Positions 38,987-49,194 of a stretch of DNA of 64,000 nucleotides are shown in pieces; within the stretch, counting starts at the first letter, position 1; every line of letters starts with the position of its first letter. This stretch comes from Rhizobiaceae bacterium (lineage in GTDB: Bacteria > Pseudomonadota > Alphaproteobacteria > Rhizobiales > Rhizobiaceae): contig CAXXSI010000019.1 in assembly GCA_963669285.2 (NCBI GenBank), positions 78,780 to 142,779 of the forward strand, written 5' to 3'. The notes beneath the pieces are model-generated. The model ran no database searches. It saw only the letters and a program-made list of their open reading frames with translations, and was not told the origin of the DNA. The translations under genes and the position numbers were made by a program.

Positions 38987-39017
38987 TCAATAGTTTAGAA
39001 CTCTTCTAAACTATTGA
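38987..39017. repeat. perfect 14-bp inverted repeat with 3-nt spacer inside an AT-rich island
   Basis: TCAATAGTTTAGAA-CTC-TTCTAAACTATTGA. The right arm covers the dcp stop codon (39011-39013). Confidence 0.9.
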
Positions 39018-41050
39018 AGCCCCTTCTTGATCATCATCGCTTCTGCCGTCGGCATCTTGCCGCGGAAGGCGATGTAGAGCTGCTCGGGATCGGCGGTATC
39101 GCCGGCCGAATAGATGTTTGTCAGCAGTTTTTTGGCCATATCGCGGTCAAACACATCGCCTGTTTCCTCGAATGCAGCAAAAACATCCGCATCGAGCACT
39201 TCAGACCACATGTATGAATAGTAGCCCGCCGAGTAGCCGTCTCCGGCAAAGATGTGCAGGAAATGGGGTGAACGATGCCGCATGGCGATGGCTGCCGGCA
39301 TTCCCAGGGACGCCAGCGTATCGGTTTCGAATCGGTCGGGATTTTCCACGGAATCCGATGTGCTGTGATACGCCATGTCCACCAGTGCGGAGGCCGTAAA
39401 TTCAACCGTCTGAAACCCGGCATTGAATGTCCGTGCGGCAATCAGCTTGTCGAGCAGCGGTTTCGGCATCGGCTCGCCAGTTGCATGGTGCCGGGCATAT
39501 TGCTCGAGAACCTGTGGCGTGGTTAGCCAGTGTTCATAGAGCTGCGAGGGTAATTCGACGAAATCGCGCGATACTGATGTGCCGGACAGGGACGGCCATC
39601 TTGCCTCGCTCAACAGCCCATGCAGCGCATGGCCGAACTCGTGAAACAGCGTGTTGGCTTCATCCATCGACAGCAGCGCCGGTTCACCGTCAGCGGGTTT
39701 TGCGAAATTCATGATGTTATAGATGATCGGTTTGTCACCATCGCCGAGCTTGTGACCGGATTGCAGCGCGCTCATCCAGGCGCCGGACCTTTTGGATGGG
39801 CGGGCGAAATAATCGGCCAAGAATATACCGCGATGGCTGCCATTGGCGTTGAGTACCTCGAAGGCCCGCACCTCGCTGTTCCATCCTGCGATTTCTCCAC
39901 GTTCGACAAACTCGAGACCGAACAGCCGTGTGGCGACGGAAAAACCGGCCGAAATCATGTTTTCCAGTTCGAGATAGGGCTTGACCTCGGCTTCATCGAA
40001 ATCAAAGCGCTCGGCTTTCAGTTTTTCGGCGTAGTGGCGCCAATCCCATGCGGCGATATCGTGATTATGGCCTTGCGAGACGGCAATGCGCGCCAGTTCA
40101 TCCTGATCGGTAGCGGCACAATCCTTTGCCCTTTGCCAAACCGGTTCAAGCAATTGCATCACGGCAGCGGGGGTCTTGGCCATGGTGTTGTCGAGTTTGA
40201 ATGCGGCGTAGGATTCAAAACCCAGCAATTGCGCCAGTTCGGTCCGCAGTTGAAGCGTCTTTGCGATGAGCGCCCAGTTGGATCTTTCACCGCGGGCAAC
40301 AAAGGCCTCGTGTACCTTCTCGCGCAGGTCGCGACGTTCGGAAAATGCGAGAAACGGTTCGGCAATCGAACGTGACAGCGTGGCGAGGTACTTCCCGTCA
40401 TGGTCCCGGTCGTTGGCTGCAGCCGCCATCGAATCGCACAGGAATGCCGGCAAACCTGCGAGATCGCTTGCTTCCAGTACCAGTTCCCAGCTGCTCTCAT
40501 CGGCCAGAACATTTTGCCCGAATTGGGTGCCAAGAGCGGCCAATTCCTCATTGATCTCGGCAAACCGCTTGCGGGCGTTTCCAGTGAGTTTGGCGCCAGA
40601 GCGGACAAAACCCTTCCAGCATTTCTCAAGCGCCCTTGCGGTTTCCGGATCCAGCCGGCTGTCGGCCGCATACAGTGTATCGATGCGTTCAAACAAGGCT
40701 TCGTTCAGGCCAATCGCGGTGAAGTGCCGGGCCATTTTAGGGGCGATTTCGCGCTCGAGTTCTTGAATGGCTTCGTTGGTATCGGCACCGGCCTTGCACC
40801 AGAATATGGCCGATACCCGCGACAGTGCTTTGCCGGAAAGTTCAAGCGCGGCAAGCGTGTTTTCGATTGTCGGCGCTTCGATATTGCCGGCAATTGCATC
40901 AATCTCGGCTTGATGTGCCCTAAAGGCCGCTTCAAAGACCGGCGAAAATCCATCATCGTCAATGGCGGCGAAATCCGGAAGATCCAACGGCCCCATCCAA
41001 ACTGTCAGCGGGTGATCGGTTGATGCCCCGTTGGTCGTATTCGAGGTCAT
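39011..41050 (-). CDS. dcp: M3 family peptidyl-dipeptidase Dcp
   Basis: 679 aa with HEFGHALHGLL. Length and motifs fit Dcp/oligopeptidase A. Confidence 0.88.
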   Translation of the reverse strand: MTSNTTNGASTDHPLTVWMGPLDLPDFAAIDDDGFSPVFEAAFRAHQAEIDAIAGNIEAPTIENTLAALELSGKALSRVSAIFWCKAGADTNEAIQELEREIAPKMARHFTAIGLNEALFERIDTLYAADSRLDPETARALEKCWKGFVRSGAKLTGNARKRFAEINEELAALGTQFGQNVLADESSWELVLEASDLAGLPAFLCDSMAAAANDRDHDGKYLATLSRSIAEPFLAFSERRDLREKVHEAFVARGERSNWALIAKTLQLRTELAQLLGFESYAAFKLDNTMAKTPAAVMQLLEPVWQRAKDCAATDQDELARIAVSQGHNHDIAAWDWRHYAEKLKAERFDFDEAEVKPYLELENMISAGFSVATRLFGLEFVERGEIAGWNSEVRAFEVLNANGSHRGIFLADYFARPSKRSGAWMSALQSGHKLGDGDKPIIYNIMNFAKPADGEPALLSMDEANTLFHEFGHALHGLLSEARWPSLSGTSVSRDFVELPSQLYEHWLTTPQVLEQYARHHATGEPMPKPLLDKLIAARTFNAGFQTVEFTASALVDMAYHSTSDSVENPDRFETDTLASLGMPAAIAMRHRSPHFLHIFAGDGYSAGYYSYMWSEVLDADVFAAFEETGDVFDRDMAKKLLTNIYSAGDTADPEQLYIAFRGKMPTAEAMMIKKGLQ

Positions 41051-41106
41051 TGCGAGAACTCCAAATAGATGCTGTGACCGAAGTTGGAAATAGGGCTGCG
41101 ATTATG

Positions 41107-41751
41107 TCAGCCCATATCCGGCCGTTCGAAATCTCCGGTTTCCGTATTCATCACCCACAATTCTCCGGTCGAGATGTCGAACCAGGCGCCGTGCAATGAC
41201 AGCTTTCCCTTACCCTCCAAAATCTGCACACAAGGAAAGCTTTTCAGATTGGCAAGCGAAAACCGGATTGAAATCCGCTCCAGTGCGGTTTGTCGCTCGC
41301 CGTCCGTGAGCAGCTTGTTCTCGGAAACCGCTTCGGCGGCCGGACCGACCAGGCTCATCCATTTGCCAATGAAATCGCCGGGAGACAAGGGCTCGGCTGC
41401 CGGATCGAGCGCCGCCTTGATGCCGCCGCAACGTCCGTGACCCATGACCACAATGTGTTTGACCTTCAGGCTCTGGACAGCAAATTCGAGCGCTGCCGAA
41501 GTCGAGTGAAATTCACCATCAGGTTCGTATGGCGGTACCAGATTGGCAACGTTCCGCACCACGAATAATTCGCCGGGACCTGTGTCGAAAATCGTCTCCG
41601 GTGCCGCACGTGAATCACAGCATGCGATGACCATCGTTTCCGGCTTTTGCCCGCTAATTGCCAGGGTGCGATAGCGATCGGATTCGCTGGCATAGCGGCC
41701 GGAAATGAAGTTTTGATATCCGTGCAGGAGTTTATCGGGCAAATGAGTCAT
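41107..41751 (-). CDS. beta-class carbonic anhydrase
   Basis: ORF 41107..41793. Start at MTHLPDKLLHGYQNF, with CCDSR and GHGRCGG. Confidence 0.9.
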   Translation of the reverse strand: MTHLPDKLLHGYQNFISGRYASESDRYRTLAISGQKPETMVIACCDSRAAPETIFDTGPGELFVVRNVANLVPPYEPDGEFHSTSAALEFAVQSLKVKHIVVMGHGRCGGIKAALDPAAEPLSPGDFIGKWMSLVGPAAEAVSENKLLTDGERQTALERISIRFSLANLKSFPCVQILEGKGKLSLHGAWFDISTGELWVMNTETGDFERPDMG

Positions 41752-41832
41752 GGACTTGCTTGTTCCGGTTGTTCTGGCAGATGCGAGAAACACTCTCTGG
41801 AAGTGTGGGTCAACAGTGCTTTGGTATCGGTG

Positions 41833-42681
41833 CTAACGCCGATCTTCGATAATTGTCAGATCGAGCGGCGGTTTTTTGATGCAATCTGCGTCTTCGGCCA
41901 GGGTGAGTTCATCCGCGCCGCGGCTGATGCTGCGTTTCAAAAGCGCATAGACCGAACATGTCGTACGCCGAAACGCTACCTCATCGCTCTGATCCGACAG
42001 CAAATTGGCGAGAAGAAGTGCGGCAGTCAAATCACCCAGGCCATGTGGCGGGTGCGCAAGCGCGTCGTGGCGGATCTCGAGATTGGTATCAGGCAGGACA
42101 AACAAATTACCCGAATGGGAGCCCGAAAATGCCGAGGTCACCAGAACCCGATCTACGGGCAAAAGTTTGGTAAGCTCAATGGCGTTTTCGTCTGTGTCGC
42201 CGGCAAGCCAATCGAGTTCGAAACGGTTCGGAGTTGCGATATCGGCCAGCGGCAATAACTGATCGCGGATTGCGACTGCGGTTTCTGCTGGGACATAAAG
42301 ACCGCCATTGTCGCCGATAACCGGATCGCAAATGTAAATCGCATCCGGGTTTCTGGCTCTCACCACCGTGACCAGCTTTGCAATTGCTGCTGCCTGCAAA
42401 GCATCTCCAAGGTATCCGCTGATGACGGCACCAACCTCGCCCAGCCACGGCGAATTGGAAAGCTCGGCCAGATAGGTGTTGAACAGGCCGGTTTCAGGGA
42501 TGATACGCGTTGAGGAGCCGTGACCGGGGTGCCATGGCATGGTGACGGTTGGAACCGACCAAACCGGAAATCCGAGCACTTCCAATGCGAATACGATCGC
42601 ACGGTTGCCGACGGATCCGCGTGACACATGGCTTGATATGGCAATCACGGCGGGTTTTGGTGATGGAAGTCGATTGCTCAT
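41833..42681 (-). CDS. pdxY: pyridoxal kinase (PdxY/PdxK family)
   Basis: ORF 41833..42948. Start moved to MSNRLPSPKPAVIAISSHVSRGSVGN, with CDPVIGD and GLGDLTAALLL. Confidence 0.75.
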   Translation of the reverse strand: MSNRLPSPKPAVIAISSHVSRGSVGNRAIVFALEVLGFPVWSVPTVTMPWHPGHGSSTRIIPETGLFNTYLAELSNSPWLGEVGAVISGYLGDALQAAAIAKLVTVVRARNPDAIYICDPVIGDNGGLYVPAETAVAIRDQLLPLADIATPNRFELDWLAGDTDENAIELTKLLPVDRVLVTSAFSGSHSGNLFVLPDTNLEIRHDALAHPPHGLGDLTAALLLANLLSDQSDEVAFRRTTCSVYALLKRSISRGADELTLAEDADCIKKPPLDLTIIEDRR

Positions 42682-42790
42682 GCGGTACCAAATTGTGTGA
42701 ACTGCGGCAAAGACAACGCACGACTTCAAACACTCCGTCAACTGCTCTAAGCTGAAATTCGTTTCAGGGATTAGATGATTCCAGGGGAGA

Positions 42791-43426
42791 TTGATGATCA
42801 CCATTGCCAAAACATCCGATACGGCATTCGGTCGGCTCAAAGCGGTTTTGCTCGTCGTGCTGCTCGCGCCGCTTCTGACAGCATGCGGATTCAACACAAT
42901 TCCGACCAATGAAGAAAAGGCGAAAGCGGCGTGGAGCCAGGTTCTCAACCAGTATCAACGCCGTGCCGACCTGATTCCCAATCTCGTCGAAACCGTCAAA
43001 GCCTATGCCGCCCATGAGCGCGAAACGCTGGAGGCGGTGGTCAACGCCCGCTCCAAGGCGACACAGGTCCAGATTTCCGTCGATGATCTGGCCAATCCGG
43101 AAGCGTTCAAGGCGTTTCAGGAAGGCCAGGCCGGATTGAGCGGTGCGCTATCAAGACTGCTGGCGGTTGTGGAAAATTATCCAGATCTCAAGGCCAACCA
43201 GAATTTCCTCGCCCTTCAGGCGCAGCTCGAGGGGACCGAAAACCGCATAGCTGTTGCGCGGCGCGATTACATCGAGGCAGTGCGGGTTTACAACACGTCG
43301 CTGAAAACGCTGCCGACGATGATCTGGGCGAATTTGTGGTTCACCGATAACCAGCCATTCCAGAATTTCTCGATCAGCGATGACAAGATGGAAACACCGA
43401 AAGTCGATTTCGGCGACAAGGAATGA
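42791..43426 (+). CDS. lemA: LemA family lipoprotein
   Basis: 211 aa. Lipobox LLTAC, plus QYQRRADLIPNLVETVK and NYPDLKAN. Confidence 0.85.
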   Translation: MMITIAKTSDTAFGRLKAVLLVVLLAPLLTACGFNTIPTNEEKAKAAWSQVLNQYQRRADLIPNLVETVKAYAAHERETLEAVVNARSKATQVQISVDDLANPEAFKAFQEGQAGLSGALSRLLAVVENYPDLKANQNFLALQAQLEGTENRIAVARRDYIEAVRVYNTSLKTLPTMIWANLWFTDNQPFQNFSISDDKMETPKVDFGDKE

Positions 43427-43445
43427 GTTGCGACGGATCGCGGCA

Positions 43446-44267
43446 ATGAGCTCTCCCATCACGTCGCGCATATCGGGTAACCGGAAAACCATCCCTGTCG
43501 TGGCAGCACTGATTTTGCTTGCCGGTACTTTGATGGTAATTGCAGCGGCTTTGCCGACGCTGACAGGTCGTGTCGTAGACAATGCCAGGCTTCTCGATGC
43601 TGCAACGAAGTCATCCATCGAACAAACGCTCGAAGCACACGAAGCAAGATCATCCGATCAGGTTGTGGTGGCGACGATTGAAAACCTCGACGGGGATGGA
43701 TTGGAAGAGTACGCCAACCGCCTGTTCAGGCATTGGGGTCTTGGTCAGGCGGAGCAGAACAATGGCGTTCTTCTGTTGGTCGCAAAAAACGACCGCAAGA
43801 TACGCATCGAGGTTGGTTACGGGCTCGAGGGAACACTGACCGACCTGCACTCTAAGCTGATCATCGACAACGCGATCGTACCGGCTTTCAAGGCAGGAGA
43901 TTTCGCCTTGGGCATTTCTCGCGGTGTCGACGAAATAATTGCAGTTCTGGCGGGGAATGGCGCGGAGTTGGAAGAGCGATATGCCTTCCATCAGGAGCGA
44001 GCAGACAAGTTTGATTTCATACCAATGCTGTTCATTGCCTTGTGGATCGCCCTGTTTGTGTCGATTTTCGCCATGGCGATACTGGCGCCGATCCTCGGCA
44101 AGAAAATCGGTCCGGGTCGCTATAAATGGCTGGGAATGACGGTCTCGGTCGGGGGCTCGTCATCGGGCGGCAGGTCCGGTTCGGGGAGTAGCTGGTCGTC
44201 AGGCGGCGGCGGTTTTTCAGGAGGCGGCGGATCGTCCGGCGGCGGTGGCGCCTCGGGAAGCTGGTAG
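43446..44267 (+). CDS. TPM-domain (YgcG-like) membrane protein with a Gly/Ser-rich tail
   Basis: ORF 43380..44267. Start moved to MSSPITSR. GRVVDNARLLD, VATIENLDG and GVLLLVAKNDRKIRIEVGYGLEG are TPM motifs. C-terminal GGSSSGG...GGGASGSW. Confidence 0.8.
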   Translation: MSSPITSRISGNRKTIPVVAALILLAGTLMVIAAALPTLTGRVVDNARLLDAATKSSIEQTLEAHEARSSDQVVVATIENLDGDGLEEYANRLFRHWGLGQAEQNNGVLLLVAKNDRKIRIEVGYGLEGTLTDLHSKLIIDNAIVPAFKAGDFALGISRGVDEIIAVLAGNGAELEERYAFHQERADKFDFIPMLFIALWIALFVSIFAMAILAPILGKKIGPGRYKWLGMTVSVGGSSSGGRSGSGSSWSSGGGGFSGGGGSSGGGGASGSW

Positions 44268-44275
44268 GATCGGTT

Positions 44276-44917
44276 ATGGCGAAAAAGAACATTCTCAGTG
44301 CTGATGACCATGCCCGCATCGCCGAAGCCGTCCGTACGGCCGAAAAATCGACCAGCGGAGAGATCTACTGCGTCGCGACCCGCCAAAGCGACGACTACTT
44401 TTTTCCATCGGCATTCTTTGCCGCACTGACAATCATGGTCGCGATGGTATTGGCTGCCTGGGCAACAAGCTTCGATTGGGATGTCGCCCATCCTGTGGTT
44501 CTGCCGGCTGCAGGTGTAGCCGCCCTGGCGACAGCGCTTGTGTTTCTGTGGTTTGTTCCCCGATTGCGCATTTGGCTGGTCCCGCGCCGGCTTAGGTACC
44601 GCCGGGCATCAGCCAATGCGGTGGCGCAATTCCTCAGCCACAACATTCACATCACCGAAAAGCGTACTGGTGTTCTGATTTTCGTTTCGCTTGGGGAACG
44701 ATACGCGGAAATACTCGCTGATGCCGGTATTGACGCAAAGGTGGATCAGGCGTTTTGGAATGATATCGTTGCCGCTTTGACCGAAAGCGCGCGCAAGGAC
44801 GAGCTTGCAGAGGGTTACATCGCTGCGGTCAACACTATCGGCGCCGAACTGGCATTGCATTTTCCCAAGGACGGCGACGACCGAAATGAGCTCGACGATC
44901 ATCTCGTTGAGATTTGA
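44276..44917 (+). CDS. TPM-domain protein (second member of the lemA-TPM-TPM triad)
   Basis: 213 aa with IAEAVRTAEKSTSGEIYCV, two TM segments and GVLIFVSLGERYAEILAD. Confidence 0.8.
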   Translation: MAKKNILSADDHARIAEAVRTAEKSTSGEIYCVATRQSDDYFFPSAFFAALTIMVAMVLAAWATSFDWDVAHPVVLPAAGVAALATALVFLWFVPRLRIWLVPRRLRYRRASANAVAQFLSHNIHITEKRTGVLIFVSLGERYAEILADAGIDAKVDQAFWNDIVAALTESARKDELAEGYIAAVNTIGAELALHFPKDGDDRNELDDHLVEI

Positions 44918-45009
44918 ACCCGGAGCACCGACAAATATCATCCGCTGCACAAGATTGACCGGCAAGCCGCTTGCAATGTCCGCGCTGGCGCGGATAAGGT
45001 TAACAAATC

Positions 45010-45516
45010 ATGAATACGCTGACGATCGACATACGACATGCCGAACCAGACGACGCCGAGGCCGTTGCCGAGGTTCATCACCAGTCATGGCATGGCGCTT
45101 ACTCCGGAATCATTCCCCACAAGGCCCTGAATGCAATGATTGCGCGGCGCGGCGCCGGCTGGTGGTCGAGTGCAATTCGGCGGGTGGCGGCTGTTCTGGT
45201 CGTTGAAATGGGCGGCGAAATCGTCGGCTATGCCACACTTGGCAGAAACAGGGCCAACGAACTGCCGCAGCAGGGCGAGATCTATGAGCTCTATATCAAG
45301 CCGGAGTATCAGGGCGTGGGTTTGGGAACGAGGCTGTTCAGTGCAGCGCGGCGCAAACTTGCCGATCACGGCCTGAAAGGCCTTGTTGTCTGGGCGCTTG
45401 AAGACAATGCCGGCGCGCTTTCGTTCTATGAGGGTGCCGGCGGCCTTGATGTTGCAGAAGGCATTGAGGTTTTCGACCAGAAAGCGCTGAAGAAGATCGC
45501 ATTTACCTGGGCCTGA
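45010..45516 (+). CDS. GNAT family N-acetyltransferase
   Basis: 168 aa with the acetyl-CoA motif YQGVGLGTRLF. Confidence 0.8.
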   Translation: MNTLTIDIRHAEPDDAEAVAEVHHQSWHGAYSGIIPHKALNAMIARRGAGWWSSAIRRVAAVLVVEMGGEIVGYATLGRNRANELPQQGEIYELYIKPEYQGVGLGTRLFSAARRKLADHGLKGLVVWALEDNAGALSFYEGAGGLDVAEGIEVFDQKALKKIAFTWA

Positions 45517-45641
45517 CCGAAAACTGTCAGCTGTAAATACCGATGGGCGCGACGGGTTATCCAATCGGATAGCTTGATGTTGCAATGCAGCATAGCCTAT
45601 CTTATCGGCAAGGTTTCCGCGTAGAACAAAGGCACCAGCTC

Positions 45642-46187
45642 ATGCGTATCGACGCCATCGCCATTGGCGATAATCCGCCGCAGGATATCAACGTCATCAT
45701 CGAAGTGCCGCTTGGCGGGCAGCCGATCAAATATGAACTCGACAAGGACGCTGGTACGCTGGTGGTTGACCGGTTTCTGTATACGCCGATGTCATATCCC
45801 GGGAATTATGGATTCGTTCCGCATACTTTGTCGGATGATGGCGATCCCATTGACGTTCTGGTGTGCAACACACGCCAGCTTATTCCCGGTTGCGTCATTA
45901 ATACGCGGCCGATCGGCGTGTTGGTCATGGAGGATAATTCCGGCCAGGACGAAAAAATTCTTGCCGTGCCCTCACCACACGTCACGCAGCGCTACCATGA
46001 TGTCGAAAACTATACCGATCTGCCAGAAATCACCCTGAAACAGATCCAGCATTTCTTTGAGCATTACAAGGATCTGGAGCCGGGCAAATGGGTGAAAATC
46101 GGTGATTGGCTCGGAGTTGCCGAGTCCAAGCAGATGATCGAGGATGCGATCAAGAGAGCGGGGAGTGTTTCGAGCGCAGCTTCGTAG
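45642..46187 (+). CDS. ppa: inorganic pyrophosphatase
   Basis: ORF 45585..46187. Start at [26 protein letters not shown], with [11 protein letters not shown] and DGDPIDVLV. Confidence 0.95.
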   Translation: MRIDAIAIGDNPPQDINVIIEVPLGGQPIKYELDKDAGTLVVDRFLYTPMSYPGNYGFVPHTLSDDGDPIDVLVCNTRQLIPGCVINTRPIGVLVMEDNSGQDEKILAVPSPHVTQRYHDVENYTDLPEITLKQIQHFFEHYKDLEPGKWVKIGDWLGVAESKQMIEDAIKRAGSVSSAAS

Positions 46188-46226
46188 ATTGCGCTTTCGT
46201 CTCAGCGGGATTACCGCATGAGATTG

Positions 46227-47336
46227 TCAGAAGCCGAAATTCTCGGCCAGCTCGGCGATCCACTGATCTTGAAATGCCTGCAACCGGGCGGTCGGCTGTT
46301 GCGCTGAAATGCGCTCATGCATCGGATCGTCGATGCGGGTGTTCGATGCAGACAGTGTCTCGAGCACAAGATGACCGCAAAACGGCACATAGACTTCCGA
46401 ATATCCACCTTCGTGGGCCATGACGATGCGGCCTTGGCACAGATCACCGGCCCAATCCATGAGCATTGCAGTCATGTCGGCGAATGTGGTCGCCGAGCAG
46501 AGCATGCGGGCCAGCGGATCAGTGCTGACGGCGTCAAATCCACAGGCCACTACGATCAGGTCGGGTTTGAAACGCCGCAATGCCGGACCGACGATATTTT
46601 CAAATGCGCCGAGATAGGTTTTATGGCCACTTCCCGGTGGCAGCGGGATATTGACGTTGAAACCGTTGCCGGCGCCGATGCCGCGCGTCGCGGCATCTCC
46701 GGTATCGAGCGGGAAACAATGCTCCTGGTGCAGCGAAATGGTCAAAACGTCCGGTCGCTCGATATAAATAGCCTCTGTGCCGTTGCCATGGTGGACATCC
46801 CAGTCGATGACGGCAACACGCAGATCGGGGGAACTGGTTTTTGCCGCCTCAATCGCTATGGCGATGTTGGCAAGCAGGCAGAATCCCATCGGGTTGTCCG
46901 GCAGGCAGTGGTGGCCCGGCGGCCGGCTGAGCGCGTAGGCATTGGAAACCGTTCCGTCAAGTACGGATGATACCGCATGGCTCACCAGCCCCGCTGAGAG
47001 GCACGCAATTTCGAAGCCGCCGGGCCCGAAAGGTGCTCTCGTGCCCAGTTCGCCGCCGCCGGCATCGCTAACGCGTTTGAATTCATCGATATAGGACGAT
47101 GGATGGACGCGCATCAGGTCTTCGCGCGAGACCGGGCTAACGGAACGGCAATCGAGTTCACCGGCAAGGCCGGTCACTTCGACCAGGTTTTTCAGCCGTC
47201 GCTTGGTTTCCGGATTTTCCGGCAATCCGCCGGCGACCTGTGGCTGGATCAGGCCGCCGACCGGTAAAACCGATGCGTAATTGCCGCCAAAATGCCAAAA
47301 GCAGCGCTCGTCAGAATAAAATGCAGTCGTTGCCAA
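46227..47336 (-). CDS. histone deacetylase-family amidohydrolase (class II HDAC/acetylpolyamine-amidohydrolase-like)
   Basis: 369 aa with RPPGHH, DWDVHHGNGT and GFD...EGGY. Confidence 0.85.
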   Translation of the reverse strand: MATTAFYSDERCFWHFGGNYASVLPVGGLIQPQVAGGLPENPETKRRLKNLVEVTGLAGELDCRSVSPVSREDLMRVHPSSYIDEFKRVSDAGGGELGTRAPFGPGGFEIACLSAGLVSHAVSSVLDGTVSNAYALSRPPGHHCLPDNPMGFCLLANIAIAIEAAKTSSPDLRVAVIDWDVHHGNGTEAIYIERPDVLTISLHQEHCFPLDTGDAATRGIGAGNGFNVNIPLPPGSGHKTYLGAFENIVGPALRRFKPDLIVVACGFDAVSTDPLARMLCSATTFADMTAMLMDWAGDLCQGRIVMAHEGGYSEVYVPFCGHLVLETLSASNTRIDDPMHERISAQQPTARLQAFQDQWIAELAENFGF

Positions 47337-47467
47337 TGCCGTCCTCGCTTCGTTGTCGGCTTTTCATCGGCAACACATGGATCAATGTCAATCGCCGCAG
47401 GCATGCATGATGGCATGACGCGGGTCCGGCTTTATGCTAACAGGCGCGCCACACATCTCCGATCCCC

Positions 47468-48715
47468 ATGGCAGTCGACCGCATGTCCGTAACACTCGAT
47501 ATCTCGCATGATGCCCGCACCGGTACAGGTGCTGTGCCAGCGCCGGCTGATAGACGCCGGGCACTGATCGGCCTGACACGCGGGGAAATGGCGGAGATCC
47601 TTGCCGAAATCGGCATTCCGGAACGCCAGCGCCGCATGCGTGTTTCACAGCTCTGGCACTGGCTCTACGTGCGTGGGGTCTCGGATTTCGGGGCGATGCG
47701 CAATATTTCGAAGGATCTGCGGGAAAAACTTGCGGCAAACTTCACCATTGCCCGGCCCGAAATCGTCGAAGAACAGGTATCGGAAGATGGAACACGCAAA
47801 TGGCTGCTGCAGTTTGCCTCAAAAGGTGCTGGTAAACCGGTCGAGGTCGAGACGGTCTATATTCCCGAGGAGGGCAGAGGCACCTTATGCATCTCGTCGC
47901 AGGTCGGCTGTACGCTCACTTGCACGTTCTGCCATACGGGTACGCAAAAACTGGTTCGAAACCTGACGTCTGACGAAATCCTTGCCCAGTTGCTGGTGGC
48001 GCGCGACCGGCTGGGTGATTTCCCGGAAAGGGATACGCCCGATGGCGCGATTGTTCCGGCCGAGGGACGAAAAGTGTCCAACATCGTCATGATGGGCATG
48101 GGTGAACCTTTGTACAATTTCGACAATGTGAAGAAGGCACTGCTGATTGCGTCGGACGGCGATGGCCTGTCGCTGTCCAAACGCCGGATCACGCTGTCGA
48201 CGTCCGGTGTCGTGCCGGAGATTTATCGCACCGGGGAAGAAATCGGTGTCATGCTGGCGATTTCTTTGCACGCAACCAACGACGAATTGCGCGATGAACT
48301 TGTGCCGATCAACAAGAAGTATCCGCTTGCTGAGCTGCTGGAAGCCTGCCGGGCCTATCCGGGCCTTTCAAATGCCCGGCGGATCACATTCGAATATGTG
48401 ATGCTCAAAGGCGTCAACGATAGCCTGGAAGATGCCAAGCAGTTGGTCATGCTGTTGAAAGGCATACCAGCCAAGATCAATCTGATACCGTTCAACCCGT
48501 GGCCGGGATCGCAGCATTCATGCTCCGATTGGCAAACTATCGAGCGATTCGCGGATTTCGTGAATCAAGCCGGCTATGCTTCACCTATCCGTACGCCGCG
48601 CGGCCGCGATATTCTTGCTGCATGCGGCCAGTTGAAATCCGAATCCGAGCGGCTTCGTAAGACCGAGCGCCTGGCTCTGGAGGCCATGATGATCTCAGGG
48701 CACGGCGAAGTGTGA
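47468..48715 (+). CDS. rlmN: 23S rRNA/tRNA (adenine-C2)-methyltransferase RlmN (radical SAM)
   Basis: 415 aa with [24 protein letters not shown] and the C-terminal ACGQL. Confidence 0.9.
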   Translation: MAVDRMSVTLDISHDARTGTGAVPAPADRRRALIGLTRGEMAEILAEIGIPERQRRMRVSQLWHWLYVRGVSDFGAMRNISKDLREKLAANFTIARPEIVEEQVSEDGTRKWLLQFASKGAGKPVEVETVYIPEEGRGTLCISSQVGCTLTCTFCHTGTQKLVRNLTSDEILAQLLVARDRLGDFPERDTPDGAIVPAEGRKVSNIVMMGMGEPLYNFDNVKKALLIASDGDGLSLSKRRITLSTSGVVPEIYRTGEEIGVMLAISLHATNDELRDELVPINKKYPLAELLEACRAYPGLSNARRITFEYVMLKGVNDSLEDAKQLVMLLKGIPAKINLIPFNPWPGSQHSCSDWQTIERFADFVNQAGYASPIRTPRGRDILAACGQLKSESERLRKTERLALEAMMISGHGEV

Positions 48716-49194
48716 GCCGCTTTCTTCTTCTGCTCGGCCGTTTCTTTGTCGTCGTCGTAGGCTACGGCGCGGCATCGCTGGCCGCCAGCCTCTTCATGAA
48801 CATCGTTTTGGCAGGCTCGGGGGGCTTGGAGGCGAGCGAAACAGACATGCTCTATCGGACCGGTTTGCTGACATCGATAGCGGTAGGCACATTGTTTGTC
48901 GGCTATTTTGCTTTTCTGCCGGCAATGGTGGCGATCGTAATCGGTGAAATTGCAGGCAAGCGCGACTGGCTGTTCTATGCGCTGGGAGGCGCGGCGGTCG
49001 GAGCAATCGTGGTGACATTATTCTGGACCGGAGGCGATCAAAACGAAATCGATCCGGCATTCGCGCTGATGATTATCGCTTCCGGAATTACCGGAGCATG
49101 GGTCTACTGGATCATCGCCGGCCGCAATGCCGGCTCCTGGCAGGTAAGGCGCCGTGATGAGGTCGTCACTTCGACTCCGCCAGAAGAATCCTGA
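48712..49194 (+). CDS. hypothetical 4-TM membrane protein translationally coupled to rlmN
   Basis: 160 aa. GTG start overlaps the rlmN stop (GTGA). Hydrophobic throughout, with no recognised motif. Confidence 0.5.
   Translation: MSRFLLLLGRFFVVVVGYGAASLAASLFMNIVLAGSGGLEASETDMLYRTGLLTSIAVGTLFVGYFAFLPAMVAIVIGEIAGKRDWLFYALGGAAVGAIVVTLFWTGGDQNEIDPAFALMIIASGITGAWVYWIIAGRNAGSWQVRRRDEVVTSTPPEES

Noticed and set aside
38987-39017. The 14-bp inverted repeat considered as a canonical rho-independent terminator of dcp.
   Set aside because: On the dcp (minus) transcript the hairpin is followed by AAAATAAACAAAAC, not a U-tract. On the plus strand the T-rich run precedes the hairpin. It is kept only as an unexplained structure.
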